Positions 23,421 to 36,830 of a stretch of DNA of 64,000 bases are shown piece after piece. Position 1 is the first letter of the stretch; each line of letters opens with the position of its first letter. Position numbers and translations under genes: made by a program. This DNA is from Narcine bancroftii. Its lineage: Eukaryota. Location: NCBI RefSeq assembly GCF_036971445.1, contig NC_091476.1:168764001-168828000 (forward strand), in the 5' to 3' direction. Below the pieces are notes generated by a model, which saw only the letters and a program-made list of their open reading frames with translations, was not told the DNA's origin and made no database searches.

Positions 23421-24501
23421 TCCACACCAGATACCTATCAACAGTTCAGCTTTCTTCTCTGAACAGAGAATATTCCAACCCTTTTGGCCAACATTTTTTT
23501 GTTGGCCTATATTTTTAAATCTTCCCTACCTCACTCCCTTTATTGTTCTTACATCGATGTGCCTGTATAAGAGTCTTTTAAAAGTCCTTATTGTGTCAGC
23601 CTCTGCCACCATTTCCAGCGACACATTTCAGGTATCCACTTCTCCATGTTTTAATTTTAAAATATGTTTTAAGGTCACTCCCTTGACCTTAAACTGATAT
23701 CCTGTGATGGGAATGGAGAGGGATGTGGTTCCAAGTTGAGAATGGGTAGATGGTGAAGGAGGATCAATCTGGTGGATGGATCAGTTACTCAAGGGCATAA
23801 ACCTGAAGGAAACCAGGCAGGGGGAAGGTGGGGGGGGGGGATTAAGGTAAGTTATCGAGATCTGGAATGTGGTTGGTGAGAGAGTGGGTCAAAATACAAT
23901 CTGCAGTAACTTTCAATGAGTAAACCTTTGGACATGGTGGGACTTTGAAACGCAAGAAGCAAGACAAATAGAGCATCTTTTGTAATGAGCTTAAGCAGGC
24001 ATCACATAATGAACTCTCCCTGTGAGATAAAGTTGTTCACTTGTGAATGGTTCAAAATTAATTTCAGCCTGGAAATGTGTTTTATTTTATTCTGGTGATG
24101 GGAAGGAGATGAAAAGTAAACTGAATCATCTACAGTTATTTTGGTTAATTTCATAAAATAGTTTCCTAATAAAATCCCAGCAATGTATTTTTTTAATTGG
24201 AAGTGTATTAATTCTAAAAGCAAATTTAGAATAATTTATTTCTTTATCTTAATTTATTTCAATAAATAGTTTGCTACTAAAATTATGGCACATTTTTTTA
24301 AAAAAAGGACACTAAAAACACTTTGATTCGTCAGAGCATCAAGGGTGAAGGGGAGAAAGCTGGGGATTGGGTAGATGGATCAGCTCATGATTAGAATGGC
24401 AGAGCAGACTCAATAACCCCATGGCCTATTTCTGCTCCTATATCTTGTGAATTCCTAGCTGTGTTCTGGCTGGCCAAATTGGATTTTACTCTTGGTTCCA
24501 G

Positions 24502-25109
24502 GAACGGCACGACCATCCACGGCATGAACACAATGAAAGACGCCACAAAGACCACGCTGAAGGAAACGAGCACCGACGCAAGAAGGATGGTGATAGAGAA
24601 CGGCGCAAAGAGTGGTCAGACCATAGGCGAGTCCACAGCAAAAAGAATGGAGGGCCTCGCACAGAGCACAGCATGAGTGGTCGGGACAGGGAAGTTCAGC
24701 AGCTGAATGAGCAGCAGGCCGAGCGAGAGTATCACAACGAAAGAAGGCGTCTGAATCGTAATCGGTTTAAAGCACTCGGCGCTGAGAATCCTGAATCTGA
24801 ACCGAACAGTAGTCAGGCTAGCAGTGGCAACACTGCACAGGTTAAAGAAGAGCCTAATTTTGAGTTATCTGGTGCTCTTGTGGAGGATACAAATACCTTT
24901 CGTGGAGTGGTGATAAAGTACAATGAACCACCAGAGTCCCGGATCCCAAGGAAACGATGGCGACTTTATCCATTCAAGAATGACGAGCCTCTTCCAGTCA
25001 TGCACATTCATCGTCAGAGTGCCTACCTTTTGGGTCGGCAACGCAGAATAGTGGACATCCCAATTGACCATCCCTCCTGTTCCAAGCAACATGCAGTGCT
25101 ACAGTACAG
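24502..25109 (+). CDS. SNIP1: SNIP1 coding exon 2 (equivalent to human exon 3; start of FHA domain)
   Basis: Acceptor TTCCAG|GAA. Encodes ERHDHPR...EPNFELSGALVEDTNTFRGVVIKYNEPPESRIPRKRWRLYPFKN...LLGRQRR...HPSCSKQHAVLQY. Donor AG|GTTTGT in phase 2. Confidence 0.97.
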
Positions 25110-25730
25110 GTTTGTGTTGGGTTCTGAATGAATACAGTTTGTGTGAGGAGTTTTCTTTCACATTTTTAGATGCTGTGGCCATTGGTTGGATATTGCTGAC
25201 CTGTATATGCCATGGCCATTGGTTGGACCTTGTTATCAGATACAGCATCTGTTGTAATCATGTTACACAAGTTTGAGATTTCCTGTTAACTTTTCGAACC
25301 TATATGTGGAATACTAAATGCTTTCTCCATTTTTTTTTCCCTTTGGAAGTAACTACAATAAAAAGTGCACCCACAAATTTAAATTGGGATCTACAAACTG
25401 CACAGAATATTGCACAGAAACAAATGGCACTGTGAGACACTGGCATTGTTTGCTGCTTTGTCATATGCTGATAGTGAGAAGGTGTGTTATATTTGAAACA
25501 CACCTTGTATCTTGGTGTCATGTCCTGCTCATGTCTGTTTTAAGAATAAGAACTTTTTCTTCATCTTCCATCATGGATTTTTTTTTGTTTGTTTTGGGAC
25601 ATTGTTGATTCCAGCTCCACATATATCTTTCCCACTTGATCTTAAGAGGAAGTGCAGAAATTAAGAATTTTTTTTAAAATCTACTGGACAGAATAGTGGT
25701 TTGGTGAAAGTTCTCCAAGAAATGCTGTTT

Positions 25731-26032
25731 CAGTTGAAGTCCAAAAATCCAGATGCCATAAATTCAGACTTTTCAAAACCTCTCAATCTTTTTTAATTTT
25801 GTGTGTGTGCACATAAGTGCTGCAGATGTACAACTGCAACAACATGACTTTATTTTTTCTTTAAAACTGCTCATTTTGATAAATGAAGCATACTGTATTT
25901 GCAAATGAAAGTTTACCCTGTTCATCTCTTTTTTTTCCCTCCTTAAATCTGAATTTTAAACGTACTGCTCAAGAATCCTAAAAATCAGGATGAACGCATC
26001 CCTGAGCAGTTTAGATTTTCGGACTTCAACTG
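25731..26032. mobile_element. MITE with terminal inverted repeats (Tc1/pogo-like)
   Basis: CAGTTGAAGTCC...GGACTTCAACTG termini. Confidence 0.7.
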
Positions 26033-27680
26033 TGATAATTTAAAGAAAAATAAATCTTAATTCATTGTTTGGTCAGCTCTTTTATAGAATGGGATTGGTG
26101 ATAATTGTGATATTTTACTCTCGGAAGAGATTGACCTGGGGAAACGGACAGTCTTCTTGGGGCTGGGGGTAGAAATAGCTGACCTTGGTTGAGAGTGATG
26201 TTTAAGGATAAAGAACATGGGTTTGTACATTTTTTACAAACCTTCTAACTTAGTTATTGGCAACTACTGTACTTTTGAATTGCATGCACAATTTTAGCAA
26301 ATAATTTTTGGGTGGAGTCAGGAGGCATTAAACAATTCAAAACATTTAAAATGAATATGCATGCTTTACATTTGCATCTTATCAATTTATTTGTTTTGGC
26401 TATTAGGAGTGATTTATTTTCTCTCATTCCCTCTTCTAATGTTGCTGTTAATGGTGGGAATGTCATGAGAATGAATGCCTAATTTGTCAGCTATAATGCT
26501 AACGTGTATACACCACACCAGGCTCAATCTAAGAAATGAGCAACTAACGGGTGGCTCTACGTCTGTAATGAGTTTGTACGTTCTGCCCATATTTGCCATG
26601 AGCTTTCCCTGGGTACTCTGGTTTCCTTCCACCACCCAAAATGTATAGGGTTATTGGTTAATTGGGCAGCACTGGTTTAAATGTCCAGAATCAACTTCTA
26701 ACATGCTGTGAATAAAATTTGAAATTTAAAAATTAAATTTAAACTTTATTGTGATTTCACGTTGGTTATTTGTGCTGGGAGAGAATTTTACTTGATGTGG
26801 TTTTTACTGCTACTATTTAGTTCCTTTCACTTTGTTTTAATGAATGGTTTTTAGGTAACTCCCTTAACAAAATTGTTATGTAAATGTTTTTATTTTCCTC
26901 GTTGTTATATTCCATAGTAATCAAAAACAAGGTGCTGGATATGTGAAATAAAAAGAAAATCTGTGAAACCACTCACCATCAGGTAGTATTTCTAAACAGG
27001 ATTAATGCTTCAGTTTGTAAAATAATTGACTTAAAATGTTCATTATTCTGATTTAATGCTGCTCTCTAAAGGCTCTGGCAAATTTACTGGAGTTCTTTTT
27101 TCAATTTCTCCATTCAGCATTAAAAAATGATACACCTGCGTGTATCTCTGTCTTTCCCTCATTTTGTAATGTTATGAACTTGATCTGGAAAATTATAGTG
27201 TTCAAAAAAGTTTGTCAGCGCATCTGAACATCAAACACTCATTTGCCCTAATTCCATTTAATTCTGTCCACATTCCCATCAAAAGCCACCACACATCCTC
27301 TTCCCACCACCCCCCCCCCCCCCCCCCACTTCCCCAGCCTACCTTCTAATCATTCACCTAATTTATCGTACCCAGTTAACCTCCCAACTTGAATGTATTT
27401 GGGTTGTAGGTAGAAATCAGATAACTTGGGAAAAACCCACAGGAAAGAAATTGTAGTCTTCAAATACCACTGGAGATCAGGAATGTAACCAGGTAGTGGG
27501 AGTTGTGAGCCAGCGACTCTGCTAGCTGTGGCAGTATGCCAATCTTTGGTATATTTTTCTTCCCTTGGGCAAAGCCTCAATGCATGTCTTGTCTGAATGA
27601 TGCTGATATGAAATAGATCTTTAATATTTAAAAGTACAATTGTTAAGTGAAGTAATTTGCTGTCCATTTTTACTCCATAG

Positions 27681-27936
27681 ACTTGTGGAGTTCACACGAA
27701 GTGATGGTACACCTGGCCGTAGAGTGAGGCCATATATCATCGACCTGAGCTCTGCTAATGGCACCTACCTTAACAACCAACGTATTGAAGTACAACGGTA
27801 CTATGAACTCCGAGAAAAGGATGTACTGAAGTTCGGTTTCAGTAGCAGGGAATATGTCATTTTGCATGAGTTCTCAGATACTGCTGAGGTGGATGCAAAA
27901 CAGCAGAATGATGAAGACGAGGAACTTGAAAGTTAA
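27681..27936 (+). CDS. SNIP1: SNIP1 last coding exon (FHA C-terminal half, acidic tail)
   Basis: Acceptor CCATAG|A. Encodes (R)LVEFTRSDG...PYIIDLSSANGTYLNNQRIE.QRYYELREKDVLKFGFSSREYV...ES*. The spliced CDS is 1080 nt. Confidence 0.97.
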
Positions 27937-30113
27937 TGTATAAAGAAAAAACCTCCCTACTGTGCATTTTGAAATTAGCACGGCAGTTTCACTTCCCCTT
28001 GCAGTTTAAATGGTTGTACTCCAATTATAAGGATCAGTGAACAAATGAGCAGTTTAGTTTTTTGTCTCAGCCGAGCCAACTGAAAGTGCATATTGACTCA
28101 AATTGGAGTTCCACGTCAACTTGAGAATGAAATGCAACGTCACTAGTAGAATTGAGCGTGTCATTCCTTCAGACCAAATGTTCAAGCTTCTGTACTGCAA
28201 TCAATTTTCATGTTTTGCAGTCTGATGCATTGACTTCAGTATGGTGTTCAGGAGCTTCACAAAAGGATAGCAAGGATCCATGGAATTCTGGCATCAATTT
28301 AACAGAGGGCAGTGTTTTCATTGATGAAGGAATACATGATTTTTGTTATTATTTGTTTCAAGTTATTCAACAGAGTACAATGAACTCCGTTATCTATTGA
28401 CTCTGAGGATGTCAGAAAACAAGAATCAAATACTGCTTGGGCTTCTTTCATATCCCTGTTGGCTTTTGCAGGTTCAGAAATGTTGAGTTGCTAGTCTCAA
28501 GATTAATTTTTTTCTGTGTATAAATCACTTTTTTTTCCCCTAATCTAAAACCCTTGTTACATACATAAGTTACAATAACAGGCATTTCAGATCCCTGTGC
28601 TATTTGGATAATCTATTAATGGTAAAAAGAATTGAAGACTTTTTTTGTCTGAAAATAACCTGCTTTGAATCTTTTGTCAAACTACACGACGTAGAGTATC
28701 TTTGTGCAGTTAGAGTTTCTCCCCCGAAATGTTTTCTTATACTCATTGCTTTGGAAGGAGGGAAGTCATTCTTAGTTACTTAAACGCTCCAGTCAGGCAA
28801 GAGATTGTGGTTAAAGGTTTCATTTTTTTTCTCTCTCAGCTGGCAGTAAGTTGTTATTTTGAGTTAGAGGCAAAAAAAGACAACAGGACCCTCAACAAAC
28901 TACTGCACAATGAACCTTAGAGGTATAACCCTCTGCTTCTTTATTGATTAATCGCATTTGATTTGGAGGCTCTAATGCAGTTGTACTTGTGCACAGTAAA
29001 AATGACATGCCGACACATCAACTGATGAAAATATTGTAACTAGTATACTAAATTATACTTTGCCTAGTACTTGCATTTTGTGCATGCTTTGTACTGAGAG
29101 GGATCCATCTTTTCCTTAAGTAATCTGCTAAATGGGATATGCAAACATTCCAGTGGTTATGATTGGGGAAAAATGAATCAAAATCTTGAATTTAAATTCC
29201 TGTACTAATTGTCAGCAAACGTAACATGGACAATTTAAATGCCTTCCCCCGCCCCCCCCCTCCGGATTCTTTAGACACCCAACATAATCTGATTCTTGCT
29301 GTCATATTTAAGACCCTGAATGAGTGAGGATAGCATCATCCAAAAGCATATTTGTACTATAGTTTCAAAAATTGATTGGGACATCTCTATTCCACTAGCA
29401 AATTATTTTTTTTTGTAGCTCTTGTGAATAGCCATGGACCTGGAACATTAACCCTATGTTCTCTCCACAGATGCTGCAGGACCTCATGAGTGTTTGCCGG
29501 CATTTATTGTTTTTAAATAATTTTCATTGCCTTGATGGACTTGGCATTTGAGATGCCTGCATCTGACACCTCCGCCATAACTGCTTGGAGCGAAAAATTT
29601 AATTTTTAAGAAATGACAGATTGGTGGGGGTGGATTCTGTTAGCTTCATTGATTTGTATTTCTCGTTGACGTATTGGACTGATTTTGTTTAGAGAGGAGG
29701 TTTTTCCTCTCTTCACATGAGATTTTGATGTTAAAAGCCTGCTTGAGAAGCCATATGTGATATAAATGTTGTGTTTCTTCAAAAAATAATAGGAAAGCGG
29801 GTAACAGATAATTACTGCTTTTAAGTGTATAATTACACTGATGTGTTTAGGCCTTGAAAACAGCGATTCAGGAAAAAAAATTGTACTTGACATAATTCTT
29901 TGTGAATACATGCATCTGCTAAAATGCTCATAGATTATCATACCAAAGGGCTCAACTTTACCCTGTCCCCAATGCAGTTGTATAGTGAAGTTGGATTGTT
30001 GCTAAGCAACAGGAGAGTGAAACTAGGCAGCGGCACAAGCCTGCCTTTTGCTGCATTTTGTTATTAACGGAAAGCTGTTTTAAAATACTGCTCAAATTAT
30101 ATTTTGTTGTATA

Positions 30114-30119
30114 AATAAA
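30114..30119 (+). terminator. Candidate SNIP1 polyadenylation signal
   Basis: AATAAA followed by GT-rich sequence at the end of a roughly 2.2-kb, largely repeat-poor 3' region. Confidence 0.35.
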
Positions 30120-30356
30120 AGTGGTGTTCTGTAGATTGTAATATTTATTACAATCTCTCCTATGTTTTTGGCAGTCTGTATAATTTTTAGTAAAGTAGAT
30201 TTCAAGCAATATTTTTCACGTGTTGAGTACCTTCTTTGTTTTTTTTAAAAAAAGGCTGCCTTGAAAAAGAAACTGAACCTGTTCTATTTGACAACTGCCC
30301 ATGGGAATGTGGTCAAGATAGGCACATATCAAGGTCATTATTGAAGGTCTTGGTAG

Positions 30357-31385
30357 TGTTATGAGCCCAAAGGACCCCAAAACCCAGCAGCAATAGACAT
30401 TCACAAAGACAAGTGGCTTTCAAAACAAAAGTTATTTTTTATCAACTTCAAACCTGAAAATAGAATCAAACTTTAACTTAATTCTATACTTAACTAACCC
30501 AAATTAACCCCCTTCTAATTCTAAGAGCACATGTATGCAGTGTGTGTGTAAATTCAAGGAAAGTTCTTTGGTTCACAGTTCAATCTCACTTCTCCTTCCA
30601 AGTTCTCTGGTTGCAGGCAATCACCATACTGTGCACAGAAGTTAACATGTATAAAGTTCACCAGGCTTGGTGCTTGAAAGGTAAATGTTTACCGCTCAGG
30701 AAGGTTCTTGTAGAGTTTGCAGAGAGATATTTGTTGCTCCAGGATTTCCACAACTGAGGTACCACCACTAGTCACCTCAGGGTCTCGCTGATGAAACTTG
30801 TCCCATCAGGGTCTTCTAGATGGTAACCTCTTTCTTCAAGCTACCACAGAGTTCCATTCCTTCCTGAATTTCAAGAGAAACATCAGACAGATAGCACTTC
30901 CAGCCATCTACTGCTCTGGAACTTGCTTTCATCAGTTTCAAACAGTTTTCCCTGGATTGAACTTTTCAGTTGCTTGTCAGTGTCCCACACACTGACTGAC
31001 TGACCAACTGAGCTATTAACTCAACTCTCTTTTCCAACTGAAACGCCAACTGACTCGTGTCTTGCAAAATCCCCACCTTCCTGAAGAAAACGGTTCTTCT
31101 GCTCCCATCTGTTGTCAGATAAACAAAATCCAGGAGTGACCTTTCTATGAGCACTTTGCAGAAAGGGTACTGATAGACAGCATGACTCCAACAAGACAAT
31201 GGTCAAGCATTTTATGACCTCAGTTCAATTAACTGATTCACACCTACTTGTGAAAGGTGCTTACATTCTCCAGAGAATCTGCAATGTGAATTCTTCAAGT
31301 CTTTCAAATAAGATCTGTTTTAAAATGTGTCAATGTATGTGACCTACTCTAATTCTTATAAATTCTCCCCAAATATTAATAATCT
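30357..31385. mobile_element. Solo LTR, related to 38502-39500
   Basis: Begins TGTTATGAGCCCAAAGGACCCC; colinear similarity with the second copy at both ends. No TSD recognised. Confidence 0.7.
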
Positions 31386-31557
31386 TACATAAACCATTGC
31401 AAAGAAAGTTTATTTTCCTACTATTTTTATAAATGTTCAACCTCAGTGAAATTGCTGGATTTTGTTGCTGGTGTAGAGTTCTGTAAATGTCCAGGTGGTT
31501 ATGCATTATACCAAACTATTAATAATGACCCATTTACTAGTGAATTAAAGCCATCAG

Positions 31558-33352
31558 CCCCAAGTCTGCGCCCCACCAGAGCGGCCTTGCCTGGGGAACC
31601 TCCGGGGTGTTTTGCAAGGCTTGGGAAAGGATGAGGTCCTTACCCGGGAAGAGACATATAAGGCAATTGAACAACTGAAAAGTGGCAAAGCAGTAGGTAT
31701 GGATGGAATCCCCCCAGAGGTCTGGAAGGCTGGCGGCAAAACTGCATGAGTTTTTCATGCTCTACTGGGACCAAGGAAAGCTGCCTCAGGACCTTTGTGA
31801 TGCCATCATCATCACCCTGTACAAAAACAAGGCGAGAAATCAGACTGCTCAAACTACAGGAGAATCACGCTGCTCTCCATTGCAGGCAAAATCTTCGCTA
31901 GGATTCTCCTAAATAGAATAATACCTAGTGTCGCCGAAAATGTTCTCCCAGAATCACAGTGCGGCTTTCGCGCAAACAGAGGAACCACTGACATGGTCTT
32001 TGCCCTCAGACAGCTCCAAGAAAAGTGCAGAGAACAAAACAAAGGACTCTACATCACCTTTGTTGACCTCACTAAAGCCTTCGACACCGTGAGCAGGAAA
32101 GGGCTTTGGCAAATACTAGAGTGCCTCGGATGCCCCCCCAAGTTCCTCAACATGGTTATCCAACTGCACGAAAACCAACAAGGTCGGGTCAGATATAGCA
32201 ATGAGCTCTCTGAACCCTTCTCCATTAACAACAGCGTGAAGCCATGAAAGACCTCAACAATGAAGACGCTGTTTACATCCGGTACCGCACGGATGGCAGT
32301 CTCTTCAATCTGAGGTGCCTGAAAGCTCACACCAAGACACAAGAGCAACTTGTCCATGAACTACTCTTTGCAGACGATGCTGCTTTAGTTGCCCATTCAG
32401 AGCCAACACTTCAGCGCTTGACGTCCTGTTTTGCGGAAACTGCCAAAATGTTTGGCCTGGAAGTCAGCCTGAAGAAAACAGGTCCTCCATCAGCCAGCTC
32501 CCCACCATGACTACCAGCCCCCCCACATCTCCATCGTGCAAACAAAACTCAAAACGGTCAACCAGTTTACCTATCTCGGCTGCACCATTTCATCGGATGC
32601 AAGGATCGACAATGAGATAGACAACAGACTCGCCAAGGCAAATAGCGCCTTTGGAAGACTACACAAAAGGGTCTGGAAAAACAACCACCTGAAGAAACAC
32701 ACAAAGATCAGTGTGTACAGAGCCGTTGTCATACCCACGCTCCTGTTCGGCTCTGAATCATGGGTCCTCTACCGGCATCACCTACGGCTCCTAGAACGCT
32801 TGCATCAGTGTTGTCTCCGCTCCATCCTCAATATTCATTGGAGTGACTTCATCACCAACACTGAAGTACTTGAGCTGGCAGAGTTCACAAGCATCGAATT
32901 CATGCTGCTGAAGACCCAACTGCGATGGGTGGGTCACGTCTCCAGAATGGAGGACCATCGCCTTCCCAAGATCTTGTTACGTGGCGAGCATTCCACTGGC
33001 CACCGAGACAAGAGGTGCACCAAAGAAGAGGTACAAGGACTGCTTAAAGAAATCTTTTGGTGCCTGCCACATTGACCACTGCCAGTGGGCTGATATCGCC
33101 TCCAACTGTGCATCTTGGCGCCTCACAATTCAGCGGGCAGCAACCTCCTTTGAAGAAGACCGCAGAGCCCACCTCACTGACAAAAGACAAAGGAGGAAAA
33201 ACCCAACACCCAACCCCAACCAACCAATTTTCCCTTGCAACCGCTGCAACCGTGCCTGCCTGTCCCACGTCGGACTTGTCAGTCACCAACGAGCCTGCAG
33301 CAGACGTGGACATACCCCTCCATAAATCTTTGTCCGCGAAGCCAAGCCAAAG
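31558..33352 (+). mobile_element. RTE-clade LINE, 5'-truncated, disrupted reverse transcriptase, 11-bp TSD
   Basis: KSGKAVGMDGIP, QCGFR, FVDLTKAFD, LFADD, FTYLG and a C-terminal CxxC..H..C motif. TSD AAAGCCATCAG at 31547-31557 and 33353-33363. Confidence 0.95.
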
Positions 33353-33429
33353 AAAGCCATCAGGACTCTTAGCTGAGGATATTAGATAAATGTGGATGCA
33401 GTCTGAGGTTTTTTTTTGTTCCCTCCAGG

Positions 33430-35310
33430 TTAGAGACCTTGGAGGATGATAAAGGGGAATTGGCAGAAGCTTTAAATTACTATGTTGTCACTCTTCACGG
33501 TGGAGAACATGTCTACCATGCCAAAGACAGGTTGTGCATGGAATGGGAAGGGAGGACCTGGATACAATAGTGATCATTAAAGAAGGGGTGCTGTGCGAAC
33601 TTGTGGGCCTAAAGATGGAGAAATCCCCAGGTCCTAACATAATGCATCCCAGCGTACTGAAAGAAATGGCAAAAATTATAGATGATGCTTTGGTGATAAT
33701 TTACTAAAATTTTCTGGCAGATTGGGAGAAGGTGAATGTCACACCACTGTTCAAAAAATGTTATAGGATAAAGCCAGGTAACTCTAGGCCAGTTTAACAT
33801 CTGTAGTTGGGAAACTGCTTGAAGCCATCATTAAAGATGAAATAGGGAGGCATCTGGAATGAATTGAAACTGTCAGACAGATGCAGCATGGATTTAGCAA
33901 AGGCAGGTCTTGTTGACGAAAATGCTAGAATACTTTTGAGGATCTATTGAGCATATTAGATAGAGGTGGATGATATTTACTTGGATTTCTTTTTGTTATA
34001 TTTTTTTTATTTTTCACACTGAACCATATCAACCAAAATACACACAAACATTTCCCTCTTAAATATACACAGTGGCATTTTCTCCCCTTTCCCCCCCCCC
34101 CTACCTTCCACCCCCCTCCAAAACCAATAAACATTCAACATATACAATACAATAAACCCATTAAACAATGTCATCACACAATGAAAATAAACAAGAAAAA
34201 TGTGTCATCTACTTTTATACACTGGGTCAAGTCATTTTGTCGTCTTATCATTTTAGGGGTGGAGGTCTGAGGCAAGCCCTCTCTGTTATGTTCCATGTAC
34301 GGTTCCCAAATTTGTTCAAATAATGTGACTTTATTTTTAAAATTATATGTTATTTTTTCCAATGGAATACATTTATTCATTTCTATGTACCATTGCTGTA
34401 CTCTCATGCTCTCTTCTGATTTCCAAGTTGATGTTATACATTTTTTTGATACAGCTAAGGCTATCGCAATAAATATTTTTTGTGCTTCATCCAGTTTGAG
34501 GCCTAATTCTTTACTTCTTACATTACTTAGAAGAAAGATCTCTGGATTTTTTGGTATGTGGCTTTTTGTGATTTTATATAATACCTGATTTAGATCTTCC
34601 CAAAACGTTTTCACTTTTTCACATGCCCAACTTGCATGTACTGTTGTTCCCTTTACTTGGATTTCCAGAAGGCATTTAATAGGTTCCAAATAAAAGGCGT
34701 ATCCATAAGATAAGGATTTTGGATTGATGTATTAGCATGGATAGAGGATTGGTTTATACACTTAAAAAAGAGAGTTGGGATGCATGGGTGTTTTTTCTAG
34801 TTGGCAATTAGTAGTGAGTGATGTGCTGCAGGGGTCAGTACTAGGCCCACAACTCTTCATGATATGCATTAATGATCTAGAAGAGGAGACTAGTGCATCA
34901 ACGTTAGCTGATGACACTAAATTGAGTGGAAAAGCAAATTGTGCAGAGGATATGGAGAGTGCAGAGAGAGGTTAAGTGAGTGGGCAGAGATCTGACAAAT
35001 GGAGTACAATGTTGGTAAATATGAGGCTATTCACTTTGGAAGGAAGATTGGAAGATCAAATTATTCTTAAATGGTAATCAATTGCAGAATGCTGCTGTGC
35101 CATAGGATTTGTGATTGCTGGTGCATGAATCACAAAAGATTAATTTGCAGGCTATCAAAAGGACGCATGTTGCCCTTCATTGCTAGAGGGATTGAGTTTA
35201 GGAGCAGGGATGTTATGCTGCAATTGTAGTGTACTGGTGAGGCCACATTTGGAGTACTGTGTACAGTTCTGGTCTTGCTTAAGGTGCAGAGGAGGTTCTC
35301 TAGAATGATC
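33430..35310 (+). mobile_element. CR1-clade LINE fragment, interrupted by an L1/Tx1 piece
   Basis: KSPGP..MHP.VLKE, QHGFSKGRSC, YLDFQKAF, QGSVLGPQLF...ADDTKL and LEYCVQFW motifs. Confidence 0.88.
33990..34651 (-). mobile_element. L1/Tx1-like LINE 3' fragment with 14-bp TSD
   Basis: HASWACEKVKTFW...PLEKITY...FEQIWEPY C-terminus and A-rich tail. TSD TTTACTTGGATTTC at 33976-33989 and 34652-34665. Confidence 0.88.
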
Positions 35311-35789
35311 CAGATAATAGAGATAATCTGGGTTTTTCAAGAACAAAATTCTGTATTCAAAGGATTTACTGCAGGCTTGGTTCTGAAGTGGGTCACCTTC
35401 AAAAACTTGGATCTCCTTGGGCATTAGAAGAGAAAGAGACACTGTAGCTGGATTAATAATGCAGTGATTTCATTTTTCATTGCCTTTCCATCACCATTGC
35501 TTATAGCTGGAGATGTCACATGTGCATGTTCATCTGAAGTTCAGATCCTTGACTGGAGTTTCAAGGGACCTGTGGTGAGAGATTGGATTTGAGCTATAGC
35601 TGAGTCTGCAGTTATTGTTCTTGGTGTTTGTTTTATGTACATGACAGCAGTGATAAAGATTAGCCCAGACAGTGATATATTTAAAATAATAAATTAAGGG
35701 AAGGAAGGGGATCAGCATGGTGGAAAAATTGAATGTAATGTAATATATCACTGTTGTTTTGGATTTGAGTGAGTCTTGGAAAATCAAAA

Positions 35790-36830
35790 ATAAAATATTC
35801 AAAAGTGCCACAAAATAAAATGAAAAGGTCCACAAATGTTCCTGACCGCAGAAAAGTGACGAGAAAGGCCATCGATAACAAAGTCAATTATGTTGAAGAA
35901 TCCTCGGCATCCTCTTGAGTTGGGTGTCTCCTGCGAGTAGCAAAACTATCTACCGCACTGATTATGACGGACTAATGCCATGATTCTTCAAAAATATCAT
36001 TTGGTTTTATTCTTCAAAAATATCATTCGGTTTCTCTCCCAGTTTCTGCATTTCTGCCTGTAGTTGATCAATGTCTCTTTGCACACCTGATGTGGCATCA
36101 TGAGATTCAATTACCAAGTTGACCTCGAGGATCATTGTGAGAACTTTAATCCAAATGGCTGACATCAGTACACATTCAAAGGTATTTTTTGATACCCTGA
36201 AGATCAGACTTAAACTCTGCTGTTAAATTAGTAACTTCACTCAGCTCCGCCTCTGAATTTCAAACACTATCTAAATGCTATGCAATTGGTCTTACACAGT
36301 TAATTCTCGCGGACATTTTATGCAGTGAGGCAGGAAGGTGTTCTTTCAGTATTTTCCACCGCTGGGACCTTGAACTGGGGGCTTGTATGATTCCAAAGAA
36401 TATTATGGCTTCACTGCAGGCTTCAGCGAGATTCAGAGTGTGATTTACCCAGAGGAAGAAAATGTAGTTCTCATTCTTCCCCTTTAAGATAGCCTGGGTA
36501 CCACTGCACTTTCCTGCCATTGTCATATGCCTGACCCACACAGTCTTCAAAGTTTAGATTGAAACTTTCTAAGAAGTCTAAGATTTTCTCTCCAATTTTT
36601 TCCCCCGTCTTTTTGTAAAATTCATGAAATGCAAGAAAGTGTTCTTCAATTAAAAAACTGATATCTTCCCTCTTCATCTATCTGATGATGAATGATGACT
36701 GTTCTTTGTGAGAACAATTGTGAAATACTTTGCAGCTTTTATTTCTTCAATAATGCTCTTTTGTACAAATGACCCACAGGTTTCAAGCCTCAACCTGAAC
36801 TCTGAGGGTCTATTTTTAAACCAATTACAC
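35790..36830 (-). pseudogene. hAT (Tip100/ZMYM-like) transposase relic
   Basis: IIEEIKAAKYFTIV, KTGEKIGEKI...CVGQAYDNG, HTLNL...FFGIIQ and RWKILK, with frameshifts. Confidence 0.8.
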
